Shown here: in pieces, positions 1-14,122 of the stretch | How positions within the stretch are numbered: the stretch's first letter is position 1 | How the letters are laid out: the number at the start of each line of letters is the position of its first letter | From: Chara braunii | Lineage: Eukaryota > Plantae > Charophyceae | Direction of reading: 5' to 3' | Length of the DNA stretch: 64,000 bases | Assembly: GCA_003427395.1 (NCBI GenBank) | Contig: BFEA01000017.1 | Coordinates: 1,595,868 to 1,659,867 of the forward strand | Program-made: the position numbers and the translations under genes | Notes under the pieces: model-generated | Database searches by the model: none | The model's input: the letters and a program-made list of their open reading frames with translations, nothing else | Told to the model about the DNA's origin: nothing

Positions 1-2
1 CT

Positions 3-4
<2 letters not shown>

Positions 5-67
<63 letters not shown>
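5..67. repeat. (CA)n microsatellite
   Basis: Pure CA dinucleotide run. Similar runs: (GA)n 2878-2911, (CT)n 8974-9052, (GA)n 13420-13483, (TG)n 43918-43977, 46401-46475 and 50329-50416. Confidence 0.97.
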
Positions 68-72
<5 letters not shown>

Positions 73-1651
73 AACAAGACCCAGTTCTTCACCAACAAAT
101 AGGATTGTTGGGGCCTTGGATGAGTCTCTAAGAGCCATTGGTCAATCGTTAGACTGGAGTCGGATCATGACAGACATCTGCGACGGACCGTCAAGATTCC
201 AGCCTTCCAGATGCTTGAGATGAGTCTGATGACAATAACATTCAAGAACGGTTACCTATTTATGATTGCTATCCATACCTCGTTGTTTGTGAATAATCAC
301 TTCGGATCCATTATTTCCATCCAGAAGCGGCTGAGACCCCAGCTGGCAGGGCACTGTACCGCTTCTATCCTTTGCACTGTGCCCTGCTGTCCTGACTCCT
401 GAATCCTGAATCTGGACCCCCTGACATCTAACTTGATCTACGCAAAGCAGTTGGTGTGGACTCTGGGAGAGATTTGGGGGCAATGGTTTCAACTTTCAAG
501 TAGGGAGTTACTCACTGTTACTGTAATCCTTTTGTGGAAACACAAGACTTAGTAGCAAGTAACTGCCACTGTCTGCCAGTGGGCCGAACTTGAATACATT
601 GCATGTGGACTCAGTGGCGTTCCACCCAGTCTCATCATGGCAATGATGGCATGCCTTACAATGGCAAGCTTCATCTCTGTCCCAACTACTGGTAGTCAGC
701 TGCCTGAGGCCCTGAGGCCCTCAGATCACTTACAAGTTACTACCCTCGGGGAGGAGCTGCTGACCGACCGAACCTTCACAGCTCCGAGCTCTCATCCGAG
801 CATAGTCTGTCATGAAGTCCCGACGGGGACTCTACCAATCATAACTTCATAAGCCAGCAGGGCCCATCCAACTGTAACCCAGCACCCGTCCCAACTCCCT
901 TCACTCCTCACACACTACTACCCTTGCTGCCGTGAAGTTCGCATAAATCCCATGCGGCCATGCCCTGCCACCTCCCTTTCCCCATGGACAGGGAAATTGA
1001 GGGAAATTCAGGGAACCCTTATCACCATGTACCAGCCTGCAGTCTCTGGAGTCTGTACTTTCCGATCGTTGTGATGCTGCAGTAACTGCAGTAACTGACG
1101 CATATCTGCTACAGTAACTGCAGCAGACTAGCACTAGCTTTCCAGTGAGTCCCACCTCCCTCTCCCCCTTGAAGACCCAGACTATTTCCCTCCAAACTGC
1201 AGCAATGCAGGCATTGCAGGGGTAGGAGTCCGTAGGACCACTGGGGAAATGCAGTAGGTGACTCGGGGAAGAGGGACTGTATGGGACTCTCCCCCTATGG
1301 TCCCACGCCGTAGGCCTGTAGGCCTGCCTAGGGGAAATACAATAGGCCCTGGGGCCCTGGGGGGTCTATTCCATAAGCCTGGGTGGATCTTCTCATTGAG
1401 TACTATGGCAATGCACCTGTCAGTGACTGTCGGTGACTGCATCTGTGGCCCGATTCCGCCTTTTCAACAGGGTGGACACTGGACAGTGGACACTGGGCAT
1501 AACTGCCAGTCTGCCACAGTGTCAGGAGTCAGGACATCTGAGGTCAGTGAGGTGTGGAGGGGATGACTGGACTCTCGAGGAAGTCAGAGACTCAGAGCCT
1601 CAGAGGAACTTACAAGCCTGGGGGTGCTTTGCCAGCTTTGGGGGGCCGGAC

Positions 1652-1783
1652 TAGTTTGACAACAGGTACTTTGACTCGGTATCATTTGGCTCAACATAGT
1701 TTGAAATGGGATAGTTTGACTCGAGATAGTTTGACTCGACAATGTCGACATATTTACGGTGTTTGAGAGAGAATTTGACTCAC
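1652..1783. repeat. 15-bp-period degenerate tandem repeat (AGTTTGACTCG core)
   Basis: TTTGACTC-like core recurs at about 1654, 1669, 1684, 1699, 1714, 1729 and again about 1773. Confidence 0.7.
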
Positions 1784-2839
1784 CTACCTAGGGCATCATT
1801 CTTGTATAGCGAGAGCTGCGACCCCCCGTGTCACCTCAGATTGAGCAGCGGGAACCAGCCTGCAGCACAAGCACTGGACTGGTGCAGAACGTTGAGTCCT
1901 GAGACTCCTGACAACAGTGACAAGCCCTTAGAAAACAAGCACACCCGTAGCCGTGTAGAGCCACCTGCCCCTGCAATAGTGATTGTAATATCCAGTTGCT
2001 GTTGCGAGCATTCAATGTATTACTAATATGTATGCTAGATTTGAATTGAGAGGCGAAGACTCCACCCGCGGAAAACTCCCTTCACCGTACTATCAAGCGT
2101 CATAAGGGCGATGTCCATCAAGATGAATAATCGAATAGAACAGCACGATGTCCATGAAGACGATGACGAATAATCAGACATCGAATAAATGATTACACTA
2201 ACGACAGTGCAGAATCTCTGCAGATAGCAGAAGACAACTGTAACAAAATTAATTGAACATCGCCACAGGGGCAGTCTCCCTAGTACTACCAGTCTAGTAC
2301 CAGATTAGCGCAGTAATTGAGCACAGCATGGATTCAAATTTCAATAAGGTGGGAAGCACCGGAGGCTGAGGAAGCTGGGATCAGGAAGGGAAAAAGACGC
2401 AGAGAATTCAGTCGTAACGCAGACCATAATGGAGGATGACAACATTGGCAAGTTCTCCAAAGACCGGGGAAGGTTCACGGAAGGTTCATGGAAGGTTCTC
2501 AACTTCTCAGAACAATCGTGAGAACGTTCCGAGAGGTCGCAACGAGTAAGATGAGTGAAAATATGGAAGGTTCTTGAGGGAAGAAAAGCCGACCGTAGGA
2601 TGGTTTCGCCTTGAAATCGTAGAGGAGTCCTGTAGGCCGTGCTTAAGGGATTATTAGGCAATGACAAGCTCAGACTGTAGCTACCATGCGTTGCCTGCAT
2701 TGCCAGGTACTATCCAGTGTCCACTGAACCGGAACGGGATGGGTCTTCGGTAGGACTGAGAAGGGAGGGGAATTTAGAGACAAGGTTGTGCCACTTGTGT
2801 GTGTGTGTGTGTGTGTCTGACACTCTGTGTGTGTGTGTG

Positions 2840-2875
2840 CTGTCTCTTATACACATCTAGATGTGTATAAGAGAC

Positions 2876-2877
<2 letters not shown>
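2840..2877. other. Nextera mate-pair junction adapter (assembly artefact)
   Basis: Exact CTGTCTCTTATACACATCTAGATGTGTATAAGAGACAG (two inverted Tn5 mosaic ends), lying between microsatellites. Confidence 0.99.
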
Positions 2878-2912
<35 letters not shown>

Positions 2913-3111
2913 GTCATGCTGCCCCGCAATGATAGCAAGCAGTAAGAATGATCCTCCAATGCGGCTCAATCTTCCTCTGCGTTGGACAATCTTGTTCATG
3001 TGAAGGATCTAGCTCCATGGCTAGGGGGCCTCCACCTGTAGCTCCAGCTCCAAGCAATCAATGGCTTGGGACCCTTCACGCCACAGCATGTCTGTGCACT
3101 GTACCGGTCGA

Positions 3112-3113
<2 letters not shown>

Positions 3114-3171
<58 letters not shown>

Positions 3172-3215
3172 TATTATTATTATTATTATTATTATATTCT
3201 TATTACTATTATTAT
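3114..3215. repeat. (ATT)n microsatellite
   Basis: Trinucleotide run; it explains the poly-Ile/Leu ORFs. Confidence 0.97.
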
Positions 3216-3912
3216 TGCTTGGCCTGTTCTGTAAGTCCACAGCCAGTGACACCTGACGTGGCAACCAAAGAGGGAAATTAAGAAAAAAAGAAAAAAAAAA
3301 AGAAGCCTGTCCCATACCGACAGCATGGCAAATCCATCACCTTTTGACGGTTCGCCTGCTCCAATCTGCGGTGAAATCTCCCCTACAAACCAATTAAATT
3401 TCTACAACTGTTACTGTCCTTCTTTGGCCTCATCGCAGAGGAAGCCTTTCTTACTTCTTCTTCTGTTTCTTTGTTTTGTTTTTTTTTGAAGAAAACTTTC
3501 GACTGCCACAGCTGGCCCATTGTGTTTTTTTTGTTTTTTTTGTTTTTCGCGAAAGGGGATTTTTTAATGTATCCCCTAACTTCGTTTCAGCCCAATGCAT
3601 GGGAATCGAAGTCATCAGCTGCCTATCAACAGCAGCATCTATTAAATGTCCAATTTTTTTTTAATTACTTTTTTTTTTTTTTTTAAAGCTGTCTATAAAA
3701 CAGCTGCATCTGTTAACCTTCTCTATCTTCTCTTTTTTTCTTTTTTTTTGTCTTTTGTTTTTTTTAACATGTGCTCCTTTTTCCCACAAGGATCGCACTT
3801 ATTCCACTTCTCATAATACTGTGCGTTTTACTGTCCAAATTCATTTCCACTGCCCCACCAAAGTTCGTATTAACATGCTTAACATTCCACTTCAGCGATT
3901 CCCCCTCCCCCN

Positions 3913-4045
3913 ACTACACCGCTGATGAACGTGAGGTTCTCGCAGTAGTTTATGCTACTCGGCACTAGCGTCACTACCTGCACGGGGCACCATTCACGGT
4001 GCGCACGCTGTCTCTTATACACATCTAGATGTGTATAAGAGACAG
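3913..4045 (+). other. Chimeric insert: Gypsy RNase H fragment plus Nextera junction adapter
   Basis: 3913-4007 matches 33664-33758, including the same premature TAG, and is followed by the exact adapter at 4008-4045. Confidence 0.93.
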
Positions 4046-4076
<31 letters not shown>

Positions 4077-6476
4077 GGAGAGAGGGAGAGAGGGAGAGAG
4101 GGAGAGAGGGAGAGCGAGGGTAAAGAAGCGAAGATTTTTTATGGGCATGTAGAGTCATTGTAGACTTCGCATGAAGAGTAGGAGGATTTTTCTCAGTTTT
4201 TCCTCAGCTTTAGGTGACATACTATGGAGATGGACACTGTCAGTTGAAGTCTTGAAGATGAGGGCAAAAAGTCACCAGCCACTTACTACCTACACTCTAC
4301 AGATATTAGGATACATTCATTTTTACATAGAATTTTAAATGAAAATGTGACATAACATCAAAGGACCACCCAGGTCACCAGGTGTAATTCAGCTGCTGAC
4401 GTATTAGCATGTCGACTTCCAGTCTTCCAGTCTTCCAGTCTTTCCAGAGCATTACAAGTTTGAACCTACAAGTCTGAGTCTGTGAGCTAAACATAGAATC
4501 AGCTCCATCTGAATAATGATCCCATCCAGAGAGCAGTGAGAACACTGAGAATCGTGCGTCAGAAAACCATGGCCCTCCATTTTTTATAACAGATCGCATC
4601 CTCCGCCGCATGGCACCGCTGCCAATGCCTGCCACTGCGTGATCCCGTCAAGGCCCCCAAGGGTGCTAGAGCCTAGAACGATTGCTTGACCGGGTTGACC
4701 CCGACAACAACAGAGTCGGACAGACACTAATTATGCGTGTTTATTCCGCACCCAATAAGTTGTATCTAAGTTTTAACTTATCGAACTGCTTGCATTCCTC
4801 GAGGGTCTCCTCTCCTCGTGTTCCATGGGCAGCGTGTACTCGGCATGAGGTCAGCGCAGGAGTAACTCCGCTGATTCGCTGATTGGGACATCGATGTGAC
4901 GCTGCGTTGATGTCGACGTTCTCGTTATGCGTCTAGACTTCTCTCTAAAGATCTTGTAGAATCGGTGTAGATAGACGGGGTCCATTACAAAGATGCATTC
5001 TTTCCTTTGCTTGAGGAGGAGTACGTGCGCATCTTTCACTTTTTTTGCAGATGATGTTGATGAACTACTGGGCTGTTTCGTGGAAACACTCTTGCACAGG
5101 TGCGCAAACTGTCGGGCTGTCAGCAAACGGCACACTGGTACAAGGGTACAGTACGTGAAAAAGTACTACTGTACTAGATTGACATCAGGCTGGGACTAGT
5201 CCCAGACTGGGAACTGGACAAGAAGCTTGAAGACTCCGCGCCGAGTCGCGGTAACAGCTGTGGTGATGCTGATCGAACTTAAAAGACGCCGCCGCTCTCC
5301 GCGGCAGTCTAGTGCATCTGCCCCACCTTACCCATGATCCTGCCCTCTGTGGCGCGATTGGGGGACGTCGGGACGACACAGACGAGGAATGTGAACAGAG
5401 GGTGCAAAAAGCCGTGCAAATGATGGACCAAACAAAACTGTGTGAGTTTGGTTGGTGAAGCGTCTGCAAATACTCCGCTCTATTTGGCGATAGTATGTAC
5501 TATGTACCAGTACGTCACCACAGACACCACGCGTCAATTTGATAAGTGTACCAATAGAACCCTGGAAGGGTAATAAATTGTGTTTGACTGTATTTGACCG
5601 GTTGACGGCTTCTAGACTTGCGCTGACTCCGCTGAGGCACTCCATCTTACCTCTCTTGAGTACTTTCTCTTCTCAGTGTTCTCACTCCCCAATACAGAGT
5701 GGGGAAGGAAACCACCATGTACCGTATATACAACACTGCACCTCTCTCTCCCTCCTCCTCTTCCCCCTTCATACTGTACTTGTTCACCATTGAAGTGACA
5801 CCAACATCTAGACGACCAACCGGCAGGTTGAGGAGCCCTGCTGGGCCTGCTTTAATCTTTCAAACTGGTCAATCTAAGTGGCTACCTGTAGCCTGTAGGT
5901 TGACTGNNNNNNNNNNNNNNNNNNNNNNNNNNNNNNNNNNNNNNNNNNNNNNNNNNNNNNNNNNNNNNNNNNNNNNNNNNNNNNNNNNNNNNNNNNNNNN
6001 NNNNNNNNNNNNNNNNNNNNNNNNNNNNNNNNNNNNNNNNNNNNNNNNNNNNNNNNNNNNNNNNNNNNNNNNNNNNNNNNNNNNNNNNNNNNNNNNNNNN
6101 NNNNNNNNNNNNNNNNNNNNNNNNNNNNNNNNNNNNNNNNNNNNNNNNNNNNNNNNNNNNNNNNNNNNNNNNNNNNNNNNNNNNNNNNNNNNNNNNNNNN
6201 NNNNNNNNNNNNNNNNNNNNNNNNNNNNNNNNNNNNNNNNNNNNNNNNNNNNNNNNNNNNNNNNNNNNNNNNNNNNNNNNNNNNNNNNNNNNNNNNNNNN
6301 NNNNNNNNNNNNNNNNNNNNNNNNNNNNNNNNNNNNNNNNNNNNNNNNNNNNNNNNNNNNNNNNNNNNNNNNNNNNNNNNNNNNNNNNNNNNNNNNNNNN
6401 NNNNNNNNNNNNNNNNNNNNNNNNNNNNNNNNNNNNNNNNNNNNNNNNNNNNNNNNNNNNNNNNNNNNNNNNNNNN

Positions 6477-6643
6477 GCGTCACTACCTGCACGGGGCACC
6501 ATTCACGGTGCGCACGTACAACTCTGTTGTCCAGGCTTTTCTGACAAAGTCGAAGCTCACTCCTCGACAGGCTCGCTGGTGGCGCGACCTATCCGAGTTT
6601 AGTTTCTGTCTCTTATACACATCTAGATGTGTATAAGAGACAG
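6477..6643 (+). other. Chimeric insert: Gypsy RNase H fragment plus Nextera junction adapter
   Basis: 6477-6605 is nearly identical to ~33719-33847. The adapter is at 6606-6643, flanked by an N-gap and GA/poly-G runs. Confidence 0.93.
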
Positions 6644-6706
<63 letters not shown>

Positions 6707-7807
6707 TCATGTGTGATCTGAGAGTCTGAGACCCTCTGATTGTCTGTAAACCCTTCTCTGAACGTGGGCCGAGTCATGGAGAGTGAGAGTGTCTGCGATG
6801 GCCTAAAGGATATTGTCCGTAGAAACTCCAGGCCCGCCCACTTCCGACGCCTGCTATGCTCCTTTCTCCGACTCCCTTCAGGCTTCAGACTACAGGGGGC
6901 GGAAGAGATGGGAGCCGCCACGGGGGATGGGAGAGGATGGGATTAAGGGGAAGATACACTGAGGAAGGGTGAAAGGAGCCTCAGGAGGAGAAGGCAGTGA
7001 GAATATGACAGACATAAGAGGACGGATGAGCGGAGGAGAGTGCCGGAGCACCCTGGGCAAAGTCGCATTCCCATCAACACATCCATGTTTGACTTCTACT
7101 AATCTTGATTGTACATATTCATTTCAATCATTTCATGTTTAACTTTCTGTAGCATCTGTACCAATCAGTAGTTGAGTCCACACCAGGTCCTCCACTGTCC
7201 TCCAATTCTTGTGACCCTTCCTGTGTCCTGACTCCTGACAGCCCATGCGCAAACTCCCTAGTCTTCTACTCGCCGCGAGCCAAGCATACCACATGATACC
7301 AGATGTGGCCAAGTAGGGATCCCTGGCGGACGACGTGGCAACTGGAGTCTGGCGATAACAAACCATTGCAGCCGAATCGGCAGTAACCTACTAACCTCTG
7401 CTTCGTACCTACTACCCTGGCAGCGGTTTGCTAGGCCGTATAATTTGAACGCAGTTCAAGACTTCGCTTCACCGATGATAGACCCATAGGGCGGAACTGT
7501 TTGATGCACTGCGACGCGACTGCCTAATTTGCAACCAGAGGTCCGCTACATTCGAGCTTCCCCTAATGTAAATCAGTTCACAACTTCACAGTCAGGTCCG
7601 CATTCAGCGAGAGTGTGAACACATTCACAGTCCTATTTGCAGTTTGTTGGTGAAAGGTGGAGTCCTACACTTGCAAATTGCAACGATGGCCGGTTGCCAG
7701 TTGGGACTCATTCAAGCTGTCCCAGGAGTTCTGGCATTGTCGTCAAGCAGGTGACTTGTGAAGCTATGGACCCCAACTTGAAGGATCGTGAATGCAAGGA
7801 CGCCGGA

Positions 7808-7873
7808 CGGCATTCATTCTGGTGCTTCCAGCATAGCGCTCGGCATTCATTCTGGTGCTTCCAGCATAGCGCT
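7808..7873. repeat. Perfect 33-bp tandem duplication
   Basis: CGGCATTCATTCTGGTGCTTCCAGCATAGCGCT x2. Confidence 0.95.
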
Positions 7874-8973
7874 CGTCGGGAGTCATCGTCACTGTAATAT
7901 GTCCGAAGACCGGCACTAGGACCACAGGAGCTCTTGATGATCAATGATCATCACCAAAGAAAGAGCGACTGATTTGGAGACGAAAGTAGTTGTTCTAAAT
8001 TCTAATACCATTGGAGTCGATTGGACGAACCAAGCCTGAAACAGCTCGAATCCTGCCTATAATTGCAGTCCGTTGCCAAGATGGGATTCCAGCCCCATGA
8101 GTTGGACCCCTAATTGTGCTGCTAGGGACCCTTGAACGCCAGGCCCAAAGTCCCAAAGGCCCAAACTTCCCCCAAAGGACATCATCGAATCATTGGAATC
8201 ATTGGAATGCAATGCATAACGGCACGCGGCTCTGCGTTAGGAATCGCAAAAAACCGTCGAGGACGGAATTAACCTAAGTAGACTAACAGAGCAGTGGCTA
8301 GCACCTTGTAATAGTTGACGTCAAGATTAACCATTTTGATATACTAGTAGTCCTACGGAGGGGTTTTGGGGTTCAGCCTGAGGGTAAAGTGATTGAATGT
8401 CAGCAACTTAAAGTTGGTTGAGTGGAGGGTGGGTCAGCCCGGTCAGGAAGCGACGGTCCCAACGGAGCAATGGTCACTCTGGCAAAGCAGCCAGACTGAG
8501 TGAAAATGATTCCATCTGCGGTAACTGAGAGGGCCCTCTCCTAAGACTCCCCAATAAACTGAGAACAACCCGCACCCACTGCACCCAGTGGCACCCACCC
8601 ACCCTCCCCTGGCCCCAATAAACTGAGCAACCCCTCGGCGCTTGCAACAAGTAGGGCGGCACAAGCAAGGCAGGATAAAGTCGGAAATGATAAGATATAG
8701 TTCATCTCAGCCTTCGAGGCAGTAGCCCTAAGGACCCTAACTGTTCTTCCCTTATGATTTCTTCCTTGGATTTCTCCAGAAGCCTTGAAGTTCCTTTTTT
8801 TGGCTCCTTTCATGTCCTTGAGCTCGTCGCTTCTAACTTCCTATTCCAATTCAGGCCCGGAGCCCTTCCTTCCCCCCNNNNNNNNNNNNNNNNNNNNNNN
8901 NNNNNNNNNNNNNNNNNNNNNNNNNNNNNNNNNNNNNNNNNNNNNNNNNNNNNNNNNNNNNNNNNNNNNNNNN

Positions 8974-9056
<83 letters not shown>

Positions 9057-11295
9057 AGCTCGCTCGCTTGCCCGCTCTCTCTCTCTCTCTCCCCCCCTGG
9101 CTTGGTGTTTGGGACATTTTCTGTATCATCCGTGAAGATATACAGTCGCAACGTGACCAACTCGAGGAGGGATTAGTAAGGTTCCCCCCATCTAGAACTT
9201 TTTTTTTTGTGGTTTCGTCCACCCTGGCTTTTTTTTTTTTTTTTTTTCCATCTTTTTCTTTTCCTTTCAGTCAACTATTATTATTATTGTTCATTAGTTA
9301 GAGTGATACAATACAGAGGACTATAGCGTTGACCTTGACACTGGGTTGACCTTTGCCCAGCGTACGTCACAGTCGTAAGGAGGAACACGAGTAACGAGTG
9401 TGCAGCAGTTGCAGGAATTTACAGGAAAGAAAACAAACAAAGAAAGGAAAAAAAAAAAAAAAAAAGAAAGAAAGAAAGAAAGAAGAAGAAGACTGTAGAT
9501 TGATCGTCACATCACAGTGTACTGAGTGTAGACCTAAACACAAACACATTCATTCTAGGTTTCGGCCAATTCATCGTCAGGATTTTCAGATATTTTATTC
9601 TTTCGTGCCAGCCATCTCTTTCGGGTGACCTTTGAGAATTTGCCTCTTGCCCGGGTTGCCCCTCTTTTGGCCTGCTGGTCGCCGTTCAATTAATATATCC
9701 TTAGACTCCGTCAGACTGTCACACTTGTGACTTATCTATGCACAGCCTCCCTTTAAGTTACGGTTAATATTTCAGTCCCCGAATGTCCCTTCGGTCCCTT
9801 CCGTCCCAGAGGGTTCCCCTTCACTCCCATAGGCTCCCTCCACAGAGTCCACTGTCGTTCAGAAAATTCGGCTTCCAAAGTTGTTGCAGAAGCCAGTGGG
9901 AAATACCAAATACCACCTTCGACATTTCACATGTCAATGACGGGGCATTGTGCGTGCACTTGGCCATAGTTACGTTCATATACGTTGTGCCAATCTGGGA
10001 GCTATTTCAATACGTACGGTAATGCTATCTTTTGTCAACTGCATTCGGCGGTAATTACGTTCAGGTTCAGCCAAGTTGAACTCCAACTGTGCGCAAGCAG
10101 CCAAGGTCCGGTCCATTGTAAACAGAGCCACCATCGTGCTGCTGTCGAATCGGAGTCATCGCCATAATTGACGCCACAGTCACTGCCATTTCACCGCTGC
10201 CAAGCATCAGCCTGAGGTGAAATTGACCATCGACAAAGCCTCCACTGTCCAGGGCCGCTCCGATCTACATTACATTGTCAACGGGATGCGGATGAGGATC
10301 CCTCTATCCCTGCTCCCACCGCCTTCAAGCTCCCTCCCTCTCTTGGCCACAGCAAACGGAGCTAAAGTAAGTGACACTGTTGAGTTAAAGTAAGTGACAC
10401 TGTCACAGTGCCGTTCATATAATATCTCATCTGCACTGCAAAGTACGGCCACAGATATCATTCAGGGGGGTGATCGGATATGGCTGCAAATTCCGTGACA
10501 CGAGGAGGGAACAGGGAGAGGGAAGCCGACCGTCTCGATCCGTAGTAGCAACTGCAAAGTCTGCAATTGGTCAGACCTTCCAGTGGAAAAGCAGGACAAG
10601 CAGGAAAATCCTTCACTACAGATTGCTTGGCGTCGACGCGCCGTGGAGAAATGGGCCAAATGATGGCAGAGTGAGTGCAACGACGGGACCACGAGAAAAA
10701 GGCAACAGCAGTTCTTAGTCAGCTTCAAGAGAGTCAGTGTGCAGCAGTTCGCATATCTTCCTTTGGCTCATTTCTCGACGGGACCAAGGAAAGAGAAGGA
10801 CACGCTGCCGACGCCAGACCAAGAAATTTTCAAACCAGCCGAACATCAGTAGCACAGCAGCAGCGATGGCAGATGGCAGACAGAAAAAAAAGGGGCAACC
10901 ATGATACGAGAGTCTGCATCTGTGAAAGAGTTTTCATTTACTGATCAGTGATCTCCCTTTCGGTTCCAAACTCTGCAGCTGATAGTCCAACAAATTTTCA
11001 TTTATTTATCTGAGACTCCCTTCCTGATCCAATCGCTCTGGGACGGCCTCTACTCCCTTGCTTTTCACGCTGGCCTTTCCATTGCTGCTGACCAGTCTGA
11101 GAGTGGAAGGTCGAGCCTGTGAGGTACACGTAAAATGAAGCTCAGCCTGTTGGAGGATCGCTCACTGACACTCACAGTCCCATCGCACTCACACTCATTC
11201 ATCATGTCATTCACATTCATTCATGACCGGCGGAGGGGTAGTTAGTCACACTCGTTCAGGCCAAGTCAACGCCTTAAATTTTCCGACCGGCGATA

Positions 11296-11405
11296 GACTT
11301 TGAGGGTTTTGAGGGGTTTTGAGGGGGGTTGAGGGGTTTTGAGGGGGGTTTGAGGGGGTTTGAGGGGGGTTTGAGGGGGTTTTAGGGGTTTTGAGGGTTT
11401 TGAAG
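11296..11405 (+). repeat. Telomere-like G-rich minisatellite (TTTGAGGG+)n
   Basis: About 10 copies of TT(T)GAGGG(GGG), one of them TTTTAGGGG. Confidence 0.8.
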
Positions 11406-11715
11406 TTTCATTCTCGTAAGTCAAACCAGGTTGACAATGTCTGCTCGGAGTCTCAGAGGCCATTTTTTAAAAGTCAACCCCTTCATCATCCTTTTCTGCT
11501 GGCACTACTTTATCTAAGGAATCGTACGGATCGCCCTCTGGCCCTCTGGTGAGTCAGAGCTCTTCTACTCACAGTCTCACAGAGTCACAATCTGCTCCAG
11601 GATTACCTCTAAGTTTAACTTAGTGTTGTTTCGTAAATTCCCTAGAATTTCAAACTTAAGACGCAGGTTCGACACACTTCCACAAGCGCATTCGGTAAAT
11701 GTTCCGGGGACTCGG

Positions 11716-11850
11716 AGGCAAGTTCGGTAAATCTTCCGGCAAGGCAAATCAGGCAAGTTCGGTAAATCTTCCGGCGAGGCAAATCAGGCAAGTTCGGTAA
11801 ATCTTCCGGCGAGGCAAATCAGGCAAGTTTGGTAAATCGTCCGGAGGTAA
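11716..11850. repeat. 35-bp tandem repeat (~3.5 copies) with decayed flanking copies
   Basis: Unit AGGCAAGTTCGGTAAATCTTCCGGCGAGGCAAATC; the CGGTAAATCTTCCG-like core also occurs at ~11693 and ~11846. Confidence 0.9.
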
Positions 11851-12522
11851 AACTTCCGGAGGCAAGTTCAGTAAAACGTCGGGGATGTTTGGGAAATTGG
11901 GAAAGCGTTAGTAGAGCTTCGGAGTCCGTCTATGATGTAAGAACGATGGGCGAGCTTGTGGAAGTTAAAAAAACTACGGTAACTTTCATATTAACTGAGT
12001 TACTAGTTGGAGAACTGTTACAGTGACAGACTAGTATGGTTTTCGGTAAAGGGTGAAATTCAATGTAAGTTAAAAAAAAAGTTACTGTAACGATCCTGGA
12101 GTTTAACTGCAGTAAGTTGGACAAATCTGGAGTGACTCAGAGTGAGAGTGGGGCATCGGAGACTTCAGGGGTGCGTCTGATCTGATAACAGAAGGAAAAC
12201 AGACCAGCTGAGGTCCTTCTGTTGTTGGAGTGTAAGTTCCCGCCTTGCCTGCATATTAGGCGAGGCTGAGTTTCAGCAAGACTGAGTTCTTTTTGATTAA
12301 ATTAGTGTATTTTTAAACAAGCGGTGTGTGTTACGTGTGTGCAGGGCGAGAGGAGAGAAGGAGAATGAAGAGGAGGAGAATGAGGAAAAGACAAAGATGA
12401 AGAAGAGCTCTGGCTGACATCACGGTTGGGATGTACAGCTGTAGGAGGAGGGGTGAAAGGGTCTTAAGAAGGGCAGAGGAGGAGTGGGGGGGGGGGGTGG
12501 GAGAGGGAAGACAGAAATTTCT

Positions 12523-12560
12523 CTGTCTCTTATACACATCTAGATGTGTATAAGAGACAG
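12523..12560. other. Nextera mate-pair junction adapter (assembly artefact)
   Basis: Exact 38-bp adapter close to an N-gap. Confidence 0.99.
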
Positions 12561-13419
12561 CCCCTGAGGATGTCAGAATCTCTGACACACTGCNNNNNNN
12601 NNNNNNNNNNNNNNNNNNNNNNNNNNNNNNNNNNNNNNNNNNNNNNNNNNNNNNNNNNNNNNNNNNNNNNNNNNNNNNNNNNNNNNNNNNNNNNNNNNNN
12701 NNNNNNNNNNNNNNNNNNNNNNNNNNNNNNNNNNNNNNNNNNNNNNNNNNNNNNNNNNNNNNNNNNNNNNNNNNNNNNNNNNNNNNNNNNNNNNNNNNNN
12801 NNNNNNNNNNNNNNNNNNNNNNNNNNNNNNNNNNNNNNNNNNNNNNNNNNNNNNNNNNNNNNNNNNNNNNNNNNNNNNNNNNNNNNNNNNNNNNNNNNNN
12901 NNNNNNNNNNNNNNNNNNNNNNNNNNNNNNNNNNNNNNNNNNNNNNNNNNNNNNNNNNNNNNNNNNNNNNNNNNNNNNNNNNNNNNNNNNNNNNNNNNNN
13001 NNNNNNNNNNNNNNNNNNNNNNNNNNNNNNNNNNNNNNNNNNNNNNNNNNNNNNNNNNNNNNNNNNNNNNNNNNNNNNNNNNNNNNNNNNNNNNNNNNNN
13101 NNNNNNNNNNNNNNNNNNNNNNNNNNNNNNNNNNNNNNNNNNNNNNNNNNNNNNNNNNNNNNNNNNNNNNNNNNNNNNNNNNNNNNNNNNNNNNNNNNNN
13201 NNNNNNNNNNNNNNNNNNNNNNNNNNNNNNNNNNNNNNNNNNNNNNNNNNNNNNNNNNNNNNNNNNNNNNNNNNNNNNNNNNNNNNNNNNNNNNNNNNNN
13301 NNNNNNNNNNNNNNNNNNNNNNNNNNNNNNNNNNNNNNNNNNNNNNNNNNNNNNNNNNNNNNNNNNNNNNNNNNNNNNNNNNNNNNNNNNNNNNNNNNNN
13401 NNNNNNNNNNNNNNNNNNN

Positions 13420-13485
<66 letters not shown>

Positions 13486-14091
13486 GGTGGAACAAAGACT
13501 TGCAAAGCACATGTTGTGTAGGTATGGCTGTGTGGTAATGCGTGCTGCGATTCCTGCGAATGGACGAATGTCTGTCATGACTAGGAGAAAGAAGTGGAAA
13601 GGAAAGACAACAACAACAGTACACATGAGCATGCATATGTGTCACAGCAGGTGTCCCTCCCTTTTTCCGCCATGATGGATGACCCGCAGGGGGTTGTAGA
13701 CTTGTAAGTATAGACTTTGAACCTAGGTTCCTCCCACCTGGTCATTGACAATGTCCTTTATCCAAACGAGGCCTTGCTGGCAACCCACTCACACCACAAA
13801 TAGTATAATTATTAATTATCGCATTACGGTTGAAATGGGGTTTTCTGCTTGAAAATGGTTTTGTGCTATATTAAATGATAGAAATGGAAATTCAAGGTAA
13901 GAGTTCGTAAGACTAGTAACTGCCTTTTTCTCTCCTTGACTATTTGCTAACAAAGGTGGACTTTGCAATCTGGCTTAATGCTTGGATTTCTATATAATAA
14001 TATATTACTTTTTTTTTTGGCATGACAGACTAAAGGGGTTTAACTTTTCAAATTAGTAAATCTTCACAGATATTGTACTGCTGGCAAAACC

Positions 14092-14122
<31 letters not shown>

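Noticed and set aside
200-1650. Possible LINE ORF1 remnant (GHSAKD resembling a zinc knuckle, minus strand)
   Set aside because: The cysteines are missing and there is no adjoining ORF2 evidence.
8300-8420. Possible endonuclease start (FKLLTFN...) on the minus strand
   Set aside because: Too decayed; no LQET or downstream motif recovered.
5699-13645. Long ORFs of 200-430 aa
   Set aside because: They are open only because they cross N-gaps and dinucleotide repeats.
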